Source of the DNA: Bacilli bacterium
GTDB taxonomy: Bacteria > Bacillota_I > Bacilli_A > RFN20 > CAG-826
Length of the DNA stretch: 64,000 nt
Assembly: GCA_028705995.1 (NCBI GenBank)
Contig: JAQWCH010000001.1
Location: 4,166 to 68,165 of the forward strand
Direction of reading: 5' to 3'
The translations under genes and the position numbers were made by a program. The notes under the pieces are model-generated. The model saw only the letters and a list, made by a program, of their open reading frames with translations. It did no database searches and was not told where the DNA came from. This document shows positions 19,849 through 29,163 of this stretch, piece by piece (position 1 is the first letter of the stretch; every line of letters starts with the position of its first letter).

Positions 19849-19880
19849 TTATTGGATTTAATTTTGTGTGAGGTGGTTAT

Positions 19881-20732
19881 ATGGTGGTCTTATCAGTAGT
19901 TGGTGATTATTTTACCGATTTATGGGCGTCAATTATTACATTTTTTTCGAATAACGGCATGGAAATTGCAACGCGTGCAATTCTTGCTTTACTCGTCATT
20001 GTTGGCGGTCATTACCTAATTAAACTTTTAGTCTTTATCCTACGTAAAGCTGCCCGTATCAATGATCGGCGTGTTGATCGTTCAGCGCGGGCATTTGTGA
20101 TTAATTTATTAAAACTTATTCTCAATGTGATTTTATTCCTTGCTGTTTTGTCAATTATTAAAGTTGATTTATCGGGTTTAGCAACAATCATTTCGGCTGC
20201 TGTTCTCGCAATCGGTTTATCTATTCAAGATGTTATTGCAAACTTTGCAAGTGGTGTGATTGTCTTAAGTACAAAACCCTTTTTAACTGGCGACTGGGTG
20301 GAAATTGATGGCGCAAGTGGAAGTGTTGAAAATGTCGGCATGTTGACAACATCAATTATTACTATTGATCAACAACGCGTGAACATTCCAAATAAAATTG
20401 TCGTGAATACTAAAATTACTAATTACAACGCCAAGCCAACACGGCGGGCGGCGATTACGCTACCATTTGCCTACCAAGTCGACGTCGATCAAGTGCGGGC
20501 GATTGGCTTTGAAATAATCAATGCGGATGAACGCATCCTTCGTTCACCAGATCCAGCAATTGTGATTGATGGTTTCGATGAACGCGGTGTGAAAATTTCC
20601 TTCCGTTTCCATACACGGACGGTGGAATTTTGGGCTGTATTATATGAGTTTAATGAGAAACTTTTAAAAGAATTACAGGCCAAAGATATTACGCCAATGT
20701 ACCGTAAATATCAAATTGAGATGGAAAAATAA
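19881..20732 (+). CDS. mscS: Small-conductance mechanosensitive channel (MscS family)
   Basis: Three N-terminal TM helices. The pore-helix region GLSIQDVIANFASGVIVL is followed by a beta-domain (GDWVEIDG..G.V). 283 aa. Confidence 0.85.
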   Translation: MVVLSVVGDYFTDLWASIITFFSNNGMEIATRAILALLVIVGGHYLIKLLVFILRKAARINDRRVDRSARAFVINLLKLILNVILFLAVLSIIKVDLSGLATIISAAVLAIGLSIQDVIANFASGVIVLSTKPFLTGDWVEIDGASGSVENVGMLTTSIITIDQQRVNIPNKIVVNTKITNYNAKPTRRAAITLPFAYQVDVDQVRAIGFEIINADERILRSPDPAIVIDGFDERGVKISFRFHTRTVEFWAVLYEFNEKLLKELQAKDITPMYRKYQIEMEK

Positions 20733-20749
20733 GCAAAATTATTATTTAG

Positions 20750-21562
20750 TTATTGATTAAATAGCGTTGAGAAATCAGCGCTATTTTCATTATTTAAATT
20801 CAAAGTTGTTTGTTGATTGTCATTATTCCAATAAATCAAACTCGCTCCATAAGATAAATCAACATCATATGTTTGGCTAAGTTGTGACTGTGCTTCACTT
20901 TCAATTAAGAGCCAATCAACAAGGTAGAAATTATCATAATCGGTAATAGTTGGTTTAATTGTTTGAAATAGTGTTACTGCCTCTAACACTTGGTAGTCAA
21001 GAAATAAAACGTGATGACCATTTTTGATTAAATCAGCATTATTATCAGTTGTGAATACGTAGTTAATTGGCACCTTTTTTGTATACCCGGCAATTAGATT
21101 ACTTATTTTATAATAGGTATCCAGGCGTGCAGCGCCAACATGATCATAGGCAATCTTTCCATCATTAAAAAAGAGCAAAGTCGGAGTGCCTAAAAAACTA
21201 TATTGATCAGCATAATCACTCGCAAAAATTTGGGCATCACTATATTCTGATAAATCAAGGTAATAAACTAATGTTTTAGTTCTCGCAATATATTCACGCA
21301 TCGCTGGTCCACTAATTGCACATGCCGAACATGTTACTTCATCTTGTCCGATGTAAAGCAAAAAATCTTCTTTACCGGCAACTAAAAGCGAAAGATGTGT
21401 CAAAGATATTTCAACAGCGTATTCATTCATCGCTTTAGAAGCGTAATCATTACTTTGCGCCGGTGCAGCAAATCGCATTGCTAAATCCACACGTTCGGAT
21501 TCTGGAATACCGCAACTTGTGAGTATTAATAATGGAAGTAGGGTGCTTATTGTATTTTTCAT
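20750..21562 (-). CDS. Lipoprotein with thioredoxin-like CxxC domain
   Basis: Signal peptide and lipobox (LLILTSC). CSAC motif and a downstream LGTPTLLFF cis-Pro-like motif. The start is taken at MKNT (alternative MSMKNT at 21568). Confidence 0.65.
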   Translation of the reverse strand: MKNTISTLLPLLILTSCGIPESERVDLAMRFAAPAQSNDYASKAMNEYAVEISLTHLSLLVAGKEDFLLYIGQDEVTCSACAISGPAMREYIARTKTLVYYLDLSEYSDAQIFASDYADQYSFLGTPTLLFFNDGKIAYDHVGAARLDTYYKISNLIAGYTKKVPINYVFTTDNNADLIKNGHHVLFLDYQVLEAVTLFQTIKPTITDYDNFYLVDWLLIESEAQSQLSQTYDVDLSYGASLIYWNNDNQQTTLNLNNENSADFSTLFNQ

Positions 21563-21568
21563 GGACAT

Positions 21569-21577
21569 ATTATAACA
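21569..21577 (-). promoter_or_regulatory. Extended -10 (TGTTATAAT, minus strand) abutting the lipoprotein start codons
   Basis: Reverse complement of ATTATAACA. ATGs lie 0 and 6 nt downstream, and there is no SD. Confidence 0.4.
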
Positions 21578-21611
21578 TAGGAGCACGGTCATTTAATTAA
21601 GGAGAACTTGA

Positions 21612-22154
21612 ATGAATATTTGGCATGATATTGACCCGCGGCGGATTACGCCGACGGAATTTGACGCTGTTGTTGAAATTAACAAAGGATCAAAAAATAA
21701 ATACGAATTAGACAAAGAAACCGGGCTATTAAAACTTGATCGTGTTCTTTATACTTCAACGCATTATCCACAAAATTATGGATTTATTCCACTTACATGG
21801 GCGGATGATAATGACCCACTTGATGTAATGATTATCACTTCCGAGCCTGTTCTCCCATTAACGCTTGTCCGCTGTCGGCCAATCGGTATCTTTCGGATGG
21901 AAGATAGCGGTGAAATTGATGAAAAAATTCTGGCAATTTGTATTAACGATCCAAGCTACAAGGATATTCAAAATATCGCTGATTTACCAATGCACCTGTT
22001 TGAAGAAATACGGCACTTTTTTCAAGTTTATAAATCATTAGAGGCCAAAGAAACGATTGTCGATCATGTCCAAGATAAAAATCTGGCCGAAGAGACAATC
22101 GCCCGCGCTCTTAAAAGATATAAAGAAAAGTTTTATCAAAAATTTGTTAAATGA
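21612..22154 (+). CDS. ppa: Inorganic pyrophosphatase (family I)
   Basis: 180 aa, with EINKGSKNKYELDKETG and DNDPLDV motifs. Confidence 0.95.
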   Translation: MNIWHDIDPRRITPTEFDAVVEINKGSKNKYELDKETGLLKLDRVLYTSTHYPQNYGFIPLTWADDNDPLDVMIITSEPVLPLTLVRCRPIGIFRMEDSGEIDEKILAICINDPSYKDIQNIADLPMHLFEEIRHFFQVYKSLEAKETIVDHVQDKNLAEETIARALKRYKEKFYQKFVK

Positions 22155-22984
22155 AGACGCGTTTCAATTCGCGTCTTTTTTATTTCGGCAATCGTGACAA
22201 AAATATCTTTTTTAGTTTTTTGATAATAAGCTAACGCCCAGTAGTACCAAAGAAAATCTAAAAACAAGATGTAGCGATTAATAAACGCATAATCAACTAT
22301 GTAATCTTGGCCAAATGCAATATGAAAATATTGTGTGATAAAAGTGCAATCATCTAAATTGTTTTCGCTGAGAAAAGATAAATGATCAAAAAGTTGATCA
22401 TTGAGACCGGCATATTCGTAATCAATGAGGAATAAATGCTGATTGTCAAACAAAAGATTACCGCGAACAACATCGTTATGGCTCACAACAAGTTGACAGT
22501 TTTCAAAGTAATTTCCAAATTCGCTTAATAATTGTTGTTCGATTAAAGGAAGTAATGATGGACAATTAGCTAATTGCTGATACGTCCGATAACGTAACAG
22601 CGGATCAAATTTCCGTAATCGTTTTTTTGGTAGTGTATGTAGTGTGTTAATAGCTGCGACCACAAGGCGAATTTCATCATCAAGCAAAGGTTCGTGTAAA
22701 TAATTAGTGTTTTTAATATAACGGCTGATGCTAATTGCTTTGTCGGAGTCAAAATTAATTAAATTTGGCGCCAGGTGCAAATCCGCCATTAAAGTTTGGC
22801 AATAAATCTCCGCATTCATATCTAAAAAAGGATCTAAACCCAACGTTTTAAGTTTGTAAACATATTCCCCATTTATCAGATAATTAGTGTTTGAAATACC
22901 ATCTTTTAACATTTCAATTGTTAAAATCGGTTGCTTAATCAAGCGCTGAAATTGTGCGCGGAGACTAGATAGGTCTTGTTTCAT
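22136..22984 (-). CDS. Choline/ethanolamine kinase-like phosphotransferase (APH/ChoK fold)
   Basis: Brenner motif HNDVVRGNLLF and IDYEYAG. 282 aa. The 3' end overlaps the ppa 3' end by 19 nt. Confidence 0.75.
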   Translation of the reverse strand: MKQDLSSLRAQFQRLIKQPILTIEMLKDGISNTNYLINGEYVYKLKTLGLDPFLDMNAEIYCQTLMADLHLAPNLINFDSDKAISISRYIKNTNYLHEPLLDDEIRLVVAAINTLHTLPKKRLRKFDPLLRYRTYQQLANCPSLLPLIEQQLLSEFGNYFENCQLVVSHNDVVRGNLLFDNQHLFLIDYEYAGLNDQLFDHLSFLSENNLDDCTFITQYFHIAFGQDYIVDYAFINRYILFLDFLWYYWALAYYQKTKKDIFVTIAEIKKTRIETRLHLTNF

Positions 22985-23057
22985 ACACTTATTATAGTGA
23001 ATTAGATGAAAAAAACGTTGAGAAAGCGTAAAATAAACTAATAAATTGAGGTTAAAA

Positions 23058-23564
23058 ATGTTACATATTGTGCTTTACCATCCAGAAATCCCCCAAAACA
23101 CCGGCAATATACTGCGCACCGCTGCGGCAATTAATGCCCATGTGCATATTATTGGTCCAGTGCCTTTTCGGATTGATGAAAAAAGTTTGAGGCGAGCCGG
23201 GATGGATTATATTGATGAGCGCAATTTCACGCTTTATGACAGTTACGAAGAATTTAATCGTATTCACCCAGCGGATAGCATTTATTATATTACGCGCTAC
23301 GGTCATCACATTTATACGCAAAAAGACTTTAGTTCACCGCTGGAAGATTACTATTTGATGTTTGGGCGTGAGTCAACGGGAATTGATTATGAGATTCTAA
23401 AAGCACATCTTGCCCGCACCTTACGCATTCCGATGCGTTCAACGGCGCGTTCACTTAATCTTGCTAATGCCGTGGCAATTGTATGCTACGAGGCGCTTAG
23501 ACAGCAAAATTTCGCTGGTTTAGCAACGCAAGAACAATTAAAAGGTCCAGATTTTTTAAAGTAG
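23058..23564 (+). CDS. trmL: tRNA (cytidine/uridine-2'-O-)-methyltransferase TrmL (SpoU family)
   Basis: MLHIVLYHPEIPQNTGNILRT N-terminus, GRESTG and LNLANAVAI motifs. About 168 aa from the ATG at 23058. Confidence 0.85.
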   Translation: MLHIVLYHPEIPQNTGNILRTAAAINAHVHIIGPVPFRIDEKSLRRAGMDYIDERNFTLYDSYEEFNRIHPADSIYYITRYGHHIYTQKDFSSPLEDYYLMFGRESTGIDYEILKAHLARTLRIPMRSTARSLNLANAVAIVCYEALRQQNFAGLATQEQLKGPDFLK

Positions 23565-23571
23565 AGGAAAA

Positions 23572-24069
23572 ATGATGAAGATAACTAAATATTTACCAAT
23601 TATGATAAGTGTGCTATTAGCCGGCTGCACACCAAATTCAGAAACCCCAAGTTTTCAAATGGATGTAAGCTATGTTGAAGAAGGCGGTTTAATCGACACC
23701 GATGGTTTTTTTATTAACGAACAAGTGTTGGTTGAAAAAACTAATATTGTTTTTTTGATTGGCATTGAAGAATGTGCGACCTGCGTAACAGCAAAAAGCG
23801 ATATACAACAATATGCTTTTTACAATCATATGAATGTATATTATGTTGATATTAATGGGATTAGCAGCGATGAATATTCCGCTTTACGCCTTGCAACTGT
23901 CGAATATGGCGAAGCCGCTAAAGCCTTACCCGCGCTAATCGAAAATAGTTCAACGATTGCTTTTCCGATGATGTATATTTTTTATCAAGGCGTGGGCTTA
24001 GCCTTTGCTCAAGATTCATTTACAGTAACAATAGACCGTTACGTTAATGTTTTGCCACCCAACGAGTAG
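23572..24069 (+). CDS. Small lipoprotein with thioredoxin-like CxxC motif
   Basis: Lipobox LLAGC, a CATC motif after a beta-strand (IVFLIGIEE), and a later AFPMMYIF motif. Confidence 0.6.
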   Translation: MMKITKYLPIMISVLLAGCTPNSETPSFQMDVSYVEEGGLIDTDGFFINEQVLVEKTNIVFLIGIEECATCVTAKSDIQQYAFYNHMNVYYVDINGISSDEYSALRLATVEYGEAAKALPALIENSSTIAFPMMYIFYQGVGLAFAQDSFTVTIDRYVNVLPPNE

Positions 24070-25573
24070 CATTTTGCCATATTTTTTCAGTTTCCGCTGA
24101 AATGTTTCTGATGTTCATCGTTTGATAATTTAAGACGAAAACGCGGCCGGGGCGGTCGCCTTTTTTTACATGTTTGCGGTCAGTAATTTGGACTTCACCA
24201 CTTGGAAGTCCAGAACTTAATAACGCGATTTGCGCGGCAATTTCAATGATGTTCGCGGGTGGATTATCCGAAAAAATAATTACATGGGCACCTGCGCTTT
24301 GATAAGTATGTAAAAAATAATCCTTGGGGTGCGCGAGGGTAAAAGTTAAATAATCATTTTGTAGATTGTTATGACCAAAAGCAATTCGATAGCCATCTAT
24401 TTCAACAACATAGGGATAAACCGCATTTGGTTTTTTGACATGATGATTAAGTTTTGGCAAGTAACCATTGAGTGCTAATTCGGTTTTAATTTCTTTTAAT
24501 TCATCTTCGGTAGCCATTTTCGAGGAGTGCTGAATTTGAAGAAAATAAGCTAATTCCATCTCGGCTTCTTTTATTTGTTGATCGACAGCGACCAATGCCG
24601 TTTTCGCTTTTTTTGCCTTTTTAAAATAAGCCTGCGCATTCATGAAGACACTTTTTAAAGGATCGAGGGCAATAACTTGATCCGCGAGTATAATACTTGA
24701 AGCATGGGCGGGAATATCATCTTGATAAGTTAAAATTAAATTAGCAATATCAATTAATTTGCTTTGTTTTTCCGCATTAATTAATTCCGTATTTAGCCGC
24801 TTAATCTTATGACTTAATTGTTTGATTTTCTTGTTTGTTAAAGAAAAAACATCTTTAAAAAGTTCATTTTCGCGTTTAGTTTGTATTTGTTGAAACTGTA
24901 GATCAAAGAACTCCTCAGGTGAAATCAATTGACTGCGTTGATCAGCAAAAAAGGGAAACGCTGAATAAAATTGTTCTTCATTAATATATAAATTTTTCTT
25001 GTTTAATAATTCTTTTTCATCTAATTGGTTTTGACTAATAATAGCGCGTTCTTCACGTGAAAATGGCGAAGTCTTTTGTAAGCGCTGGGGGGGCGTGTAT
25101 GTCATATGGATAGCAAGTGGGCGGGCAACATCAAGCGATTTAGAAGGTTTATATAAAGCGATAATTGTTTTATTTTCATCGATAAGAAATATATTTGCCA
25201 TCATTGGAATCAGTTCTAACACAAGGTGATAATGACGTTGTTCGTACGCGGGAGTAACAACATCTAAATCAAAAAAGATAATGCGATCATTATCGTCAAT
25301 TCGCAGGTCACGTATAAAGGCGTTACTCAATTCCTTTTTAAGAACTTGGTAGAAATTGGATGTTTGACCGCTACCGAGTAAATCGCGGTTAGTAAGCGAA
25401 AAATATGGAGTGGCATTATCAAGCGCAATCACAAGTTTTAACGATTTGCTTTTTGAAAGTGAAAAAGAAAAACTTCCTGGTGCAAAGCGAATTATTTTTT
25501 TTAGATAATTATCGCATACTAAAGGTCGGATTTGTTCGACCATTGCGGATAAAAAAGCCTGTGACAACGCCAT
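24044..25573 (-). CDS. rqcH: RqcH / fibronectin-binding protein A family (NFACT) ribosome quality-control protein
   Basis: NFACT-N region with the DR motif (DDNDRIIFFDL), a central coiled coil, and a C-terminal NFACT-R/DUF814-like region (SAGAHVII). 509 aa. Confidence 0.8.
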   Translation of the reverse strand: MALSQAFLSAMVEQIRPLVCDNYLKKIIRFAPGSFSFSLSKSKSLKLVIALDNATPYFSLTNRDLLGSGQTSNFYQVLKKELSNAFIRDLRIDDNDRIIFFDLDVVTPAYEQRHYHLVLELIPMMANIFLIDENKTIIALYKPSKSLDVARPLAIHMTYTPPQRLQKTSPFSREERAIISQNQLDEKELLNKKNLYINEEQFYSAFPFFADQRSQLISPEEFFDLQFQQIQTKRENELFKDVFSLTNKKIKQLSHKIKRLNTELINAEKQSKLIDIANLILTYQDDIPAHASSIILADQVIALDPLKSVFMNAQAYFKKAKKAKTALVAVDQQIKEAEMELAYFLQIQHSSKMATEDELKEIKTELALNGYLPKLNHHVKKPNAVYPYVVEIDGYRIAFGHNNLQNDYLTFTLAHPKDYFLHTYQSAGAHVIIFSDNPPANIIEIAAQIALLSSGLPSGEVQITDRKHVKKGDRPGRVFVLNYQTMNIRNISAETEKIWQNATRWVAKH

Positions 25574-25674
25574 CAGATTACCTCGGGAAAATTATAACAT
25601 AAAACCGGCTTTAGATTGACAAAAGGGGTGATATATATAAAAATAGTACATACCCAAATAAGTAGAGGCATAGT

Positions 25675-26259
25675 ATGAAAACAGGATTACTAATTATCAT
25701 TAGTGGACCATCAGGTGTTGGCAAAGGCACAGTTTTGAAACATGTGATGGCAGATGATAGTCTCAACTTAGCATTTTCGGTCTCAATGACAACACGTCCG
25801 CAGCGGGCACATGAAGTTGATGGTCAAAATTACTTTTTTGTGAGCAAAGATGTTTTTGCCGATTATGTAAAAAAAGATGCTTTTCTTGAGCATGTCGAGT
25901 TTGTTGGAAATAGTTACGGAACACCCCGCGAATACGTTGAGAGTTTACGCAAAAAAGGTATCAACGTCGTTTTAGAAATCGAAGTTGAAGGTGCCAAACA
26001 AGTGATGCGCCGCATTCGCGATCAAAAAGTTGTGACAATATTCTTGATTCCACCAACTTTTGAAGAATTAGAAAAGCGCATTCTCGGGCGCTCGACGGAA
26101 TCCGCTGAAGCGATTAATGAACGTTTAGAAAAAGCCAAACGGGAACTCTCAGAAAAATTCCTTTATCAACATATTGTTTTAAATGATGATCCGCTCCGCG
26201 CCGCTGATGAAATTCGTTCGATTATTCGTAACAAGCTCAACACGCGTATCATTGGCTAA
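25675..26259 (+). CDS. gmk: Guanylate kinase
   Basis: P-loop SGPSGVGKGT and TTRPQR motif, 194 aa. Confidence 0.95.
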   Translation: MKTGLLIIISGPSGVGKGTVLKHVMADDSLNLAFSVSMTTRPQRAHEVDGQNYFFVSKDVFADYVKKDAFLEHVEFVGNSYGTPREYVESLRKKGINVVLEIEVEGAKQVMRRIRDQKVVTIFLIPPTFEELEKRILGRSTESAEAINERLEKAKRELSEKFLYQHIVLNDDPLRAADEIRSIIRNKLNTRIIG

Positions 26260-26273
26260 TTTAAGGAGGCGTT

Positions 26274-28469
26274 ATGCTCCTTGTAAAACTCTTAATTGAA
26301 AGAACCGCCCGTTCACTCGACCGGCCTTTTTCATATCTATACGATGGAAAAGATACGATTGTTGCCGGAGTTCGTGTTTTAGTCGAGTTTAATCACAAGA
26401 CAGTTGTTGGTTATGTAGTCAGCGTGGAAAAGACAAATAAAACAGGCGAAGAATTATCAAAAGAGACCGGTTTTACCTATAAATTTATTGAAAAAGTCCT
26501 TGATCATACACCTTTATTATCAAAGCAATTAATGGCATTAGCCACACGGATGTCTTCTTATTATTTAGCTCCACACATTGCAATTTTACAAACAATGCTT
26601 CCACTTTCTTTACGTCCACGGATGGTTTCTTTGCGTGGACCAAAGGTCGCATATGATGTTTTTTTGTTCGCCAGTAATCAAAATGAAGAAGGTTTAACAC
26701 CAAAGCAAAAAGAACTATTGCGCTACATTATTAATAATCCAGAAGTTAATAAACGCGATTTAAAATCACCATCGATTATTAAAAAACTAATTGAACTCGG
26801 GCGTATTCAAGAAATTCGTAAAGAAAAACGCCGCTACAAATTACCATCTTATCCTGTGAATGATAAACCGGAACTTACGCGTGCACAAAAAGAAGTTGTT
26901 GACGAATTTATTAATTCAAAAGACCAAATATACTTATTAGAAGGTGTAACAGGAAGCGGAAAAACCGAAGTCTATCTTGCACTTGCTGAATACTATTTAG
27001 CTCAAAACAAGACTGTGCTAATGCTCGTCCCAGAAATCGCTTTGACACCGATGATGGTCGCGATGTTTCTTGCCCGTTACGATAAGCAAGTTGCTGTTCT
27101 TCATAGTGAGTTAACACCAGCGGAAAAGTATGATGAGTACCGGCGTATTGCTCAGAAAAAATGCAAAATTGTTGTTGGTACTCGTTCGGCGATTTTTGCC
27201 CCATTAACAAATTTAGGATTGATTATTCTTGATGAAGAACATAGCGATTCATATAAACAAGATCAAATGCCAACTTATCATGCACGGACTGTCGCTATTT
27301 TCCGTAGTGAAATTGAAGGTGCAAAAGTTTTACTTGGTTCCGCGACACCTGCCCTCGAGAGTAAAGCGCGCGCCGCTAAAAACGTCTATCATCAACTAAA
27401 TTTAGCAGAGCGAATAAATAAAAAAGAATTGCCTAAAACAGCAATCATCAATATGCTTGATTATCGTAATATTGATTCTAAATCACTTGTTTTTTCCAAA
27501 CAGCTCCTTAATTCTCTGCGTGAAACACTTAATCGTAACGAACAGGCGATTTTATTAATAAATCGGCGCGGTTATGCTACTTACATTACTTGTCGCAGTT
27601 GTGGGCACGTTTTTCGGTGTCCAAATGATCAAACAACACTTACCTATCATATGAGTGACAATATGTTGAAATGCCACCACTGTGATCATGTGGAAGAGAT
27701 GTCAACTATTTGTCCAGCATGCGGATCAACGCAAATTCGGAAAACTGGCTATGGAACAGAGCTAGTTGATCGTGAAGTCAAAAAGTTTTTTCCGAGTGCC
27801 AGGACGCTACGTTTAGATAGTGATAGTGCGAAAGAGCGCTCGCGCATCGCGAAAACCGTGGAAGCATTTCGAAAACAAGAAGCTGACATTTTAATCGGTA
27901 CGCAGATGATTGCAAAAGGGCATGATTTTCCACTTGTGACGCTGGTTGGAATTGTTAATGCCGATTTAGGTTTATTGGTGCCTTCTTATAAAAGTAGTGA
28001 GCGCACATTCCAATTAATTACGCAAGCTGTTGGCCGCTCTGGACGGGCAAACCGATGCGGCGAAGCGATAATTCAAACTAATTTGCCACAGCACTATGCA
28101 ATTACTCTTGGTGCAAAACAAGATTATCATGAATTTTTTAATCAGGAATTAATTGTGCGTTCCCTTGCACAAAATCCACCTTTTACTTATTTAATTAAAC
28201 TAACGTTAAAGAGTAAAAGTGAGTCGACTGTTGAACGTGTAACAACGCAGTTAGCAATAGAATTAGCGACTAAACTAAATGACAACGCAAGTATTATTGG
28301 GCCATCACTCCCCTTTATTTTTTATGAACGAAACACGTATGCGCGCTATATATTGATAAAATATCGTGACTATGAAATTGTTAAAGCAACATTAGAAAAA
28401 ACTTTAATGCCTTTAATCGCAAAAAGTGATTTTCAAGTCATTATTGATGTTGATGCAGAAGATGTTTGA
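26274..28469 (+). CDS. priA: Primosomal replication restart helicase PriA
   Basis: Walker A GVTGSGKTEVY, DEEH box (LDEEHS), and a Cys-rich zinc region (CRSCGH..CPN..CHHCDH..CPACGS). 731 aa. Confidence 0.95.
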   Translation: MLLVKLLIERTARSLDRPFSYLYDGKDTIVAGVRVLVEFNHKTVVGYVVSVEKTNKTGEELSKETGFTYKFIEKVLDHTPLLSKQLMALATRMSSYYLAPHIAILQTMLPLSLRPRMVSLRGPKVAYDVFLFASNQNEEGLTPKQKELLRYIINNPEVNKRDLKSPSIIKKLIELGRIQEIRKEKRRYKLPSYPVNDKPELTRAQKEVVDEFINSKDQIYLLEGVTGSGKTEVYLALAEYYLAQNKTVLMLVPEIALTPMMVAMFLARYDKQVAVLHSELTPAEKYDEYRRIAQKKCKIVVGTRSAIFAPLTNLGLIILDEEHSDSYKQDQMPTYHARTVAIFRSEIEGAKVLLGSATPALESKARAAKNVYHQLNLAERINKKELPKTAIINMLDYRNIDSKSLVFSKQLLNSLRETLNRNEQAILLINRRGYATYITCRSCGHVFRCPNDQTTLTYHMSDNMLKCHHCDHVEEMSTICPACGSTQIRKTGYGTELVDREVKKFFPSARTLRLDSDSAKERSRIAKTVEAFRKQEADILIGTQMIAKGHDFPLVTLVGIVNADLGLLVPSYKSSERTFQLITQAVGRSGRANRCGEAIIQTNLPQHYAITLGAKQDYHEFFNQELIVRSLAQNPPFTYLIKLTLKSKSESTVERVTTQLAIELATKLNDNASIIGPSLPFIFYERNTYARYILIKYRDYEIVKATLEKTLMPLIAKSDFQVIIDVDAEDV

Positions 28470-28510
28470 TATAATTAACGGCGTTAAAAGAAAGTAGTAG
28501 GAATCTATTT

Positions 28511-29113
28511 ATGGTAACAATCATGGTTCTCGGACTTGATCAATATATTACTGGTCATTTTTCTAGTGAAGCAACACCAATTATTAGCAAAATTCTTGAT
28601 ATTAAAGAAGAAGAAATTTTATTTTATGCTCCGGAAAGCAATCTCTTTTTTAAGGGTGTTGAGCAAACATCATGGCAAGGATTAATTCTTGTGAATTTAC
28701 CCTCAACCTTAGCAAAAAAAGAAGCAGATTTAGCGGAATATCTTTTAGAAGCAACAAGTGATTTTTTGCTTAATCTCGCGGTCGAATTTCATTATTTTGA
28801 AACAAAAAATACTTATGAACGCATTAATGAAGAATATTCAAGATTTATCACCGAAGATCAACTTCGCACTGTCGATGACGATAATGAAGATCAAGAAGTC
28901 GATGATGCAGAAATTTCGGATGATGATGACTTAACAAGTGCCATTTATGGCGGTGATGTGTTTGCTGAATTTGAAACTAAGGCCCGCGCTACTGGTCATG
29001 ATTTAGAAGAAGATAATCACCATCATCACCACCATCCGCATATGGAATGTTGCGAAGGTGATGAATGCGATTGTGAAGATGGCGAATGCGACTGCGAAAA
29101 AGAAAGCAAGTAA
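28511..29113 (+). CDS. DUF1904-like small protein with acidic linker and His6/Cys-rich C-terminal tail
   Basis: The N-terminal ~100 aa resemble the DUF1904/tautomerase-like family as I recall it. The tail reads DNHHHHHHPHMECCEGDECDCEDGECDCEKESK. Confidence 0.6.
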   Translation: MVTIMVLGLDQYITGHFSSEATPIISKILDIKEEEILFYAPESNLFFKGVEQTSWQGLILVNLPSTLAKKEADLAEYLLEATSDFLLNLAVEFHYFETKNTYERINEEYSRFITEDQLRTVDDDNEDQEVDDAEISDDDDLTSAIYGGDVFAEFETKARATGHDLEEDNHHHHHHPHMECCEGDECDCEDGECDCEKESK

Positions 29114-29132
29114 TTACTAGCTTAATTAGAAC

Positions 29133-29160
29133 AAAAGACTAGCGATTTGCTAGTCTTTTT
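29133..29160. terminator. Bidirectional intrinsic terminator
   Basis: AAAAGACTAGC-GATTT-GCTAGTCTTTT hairpin between convergent genes. Confidence 0.85.
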
Positions 29161-29163
29161 CCA

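Noticed and set aside
29018-29040. I considered the His6 run as a possible cloning-vector or affinity-tag contaminant.
   Set aside because: It is embedded in a native-looking acidic and Cys-rich tail, uses mixed CAC/CAT codons, and is flanked by genomic terminators and genes. No vector-like sequence is nearby.
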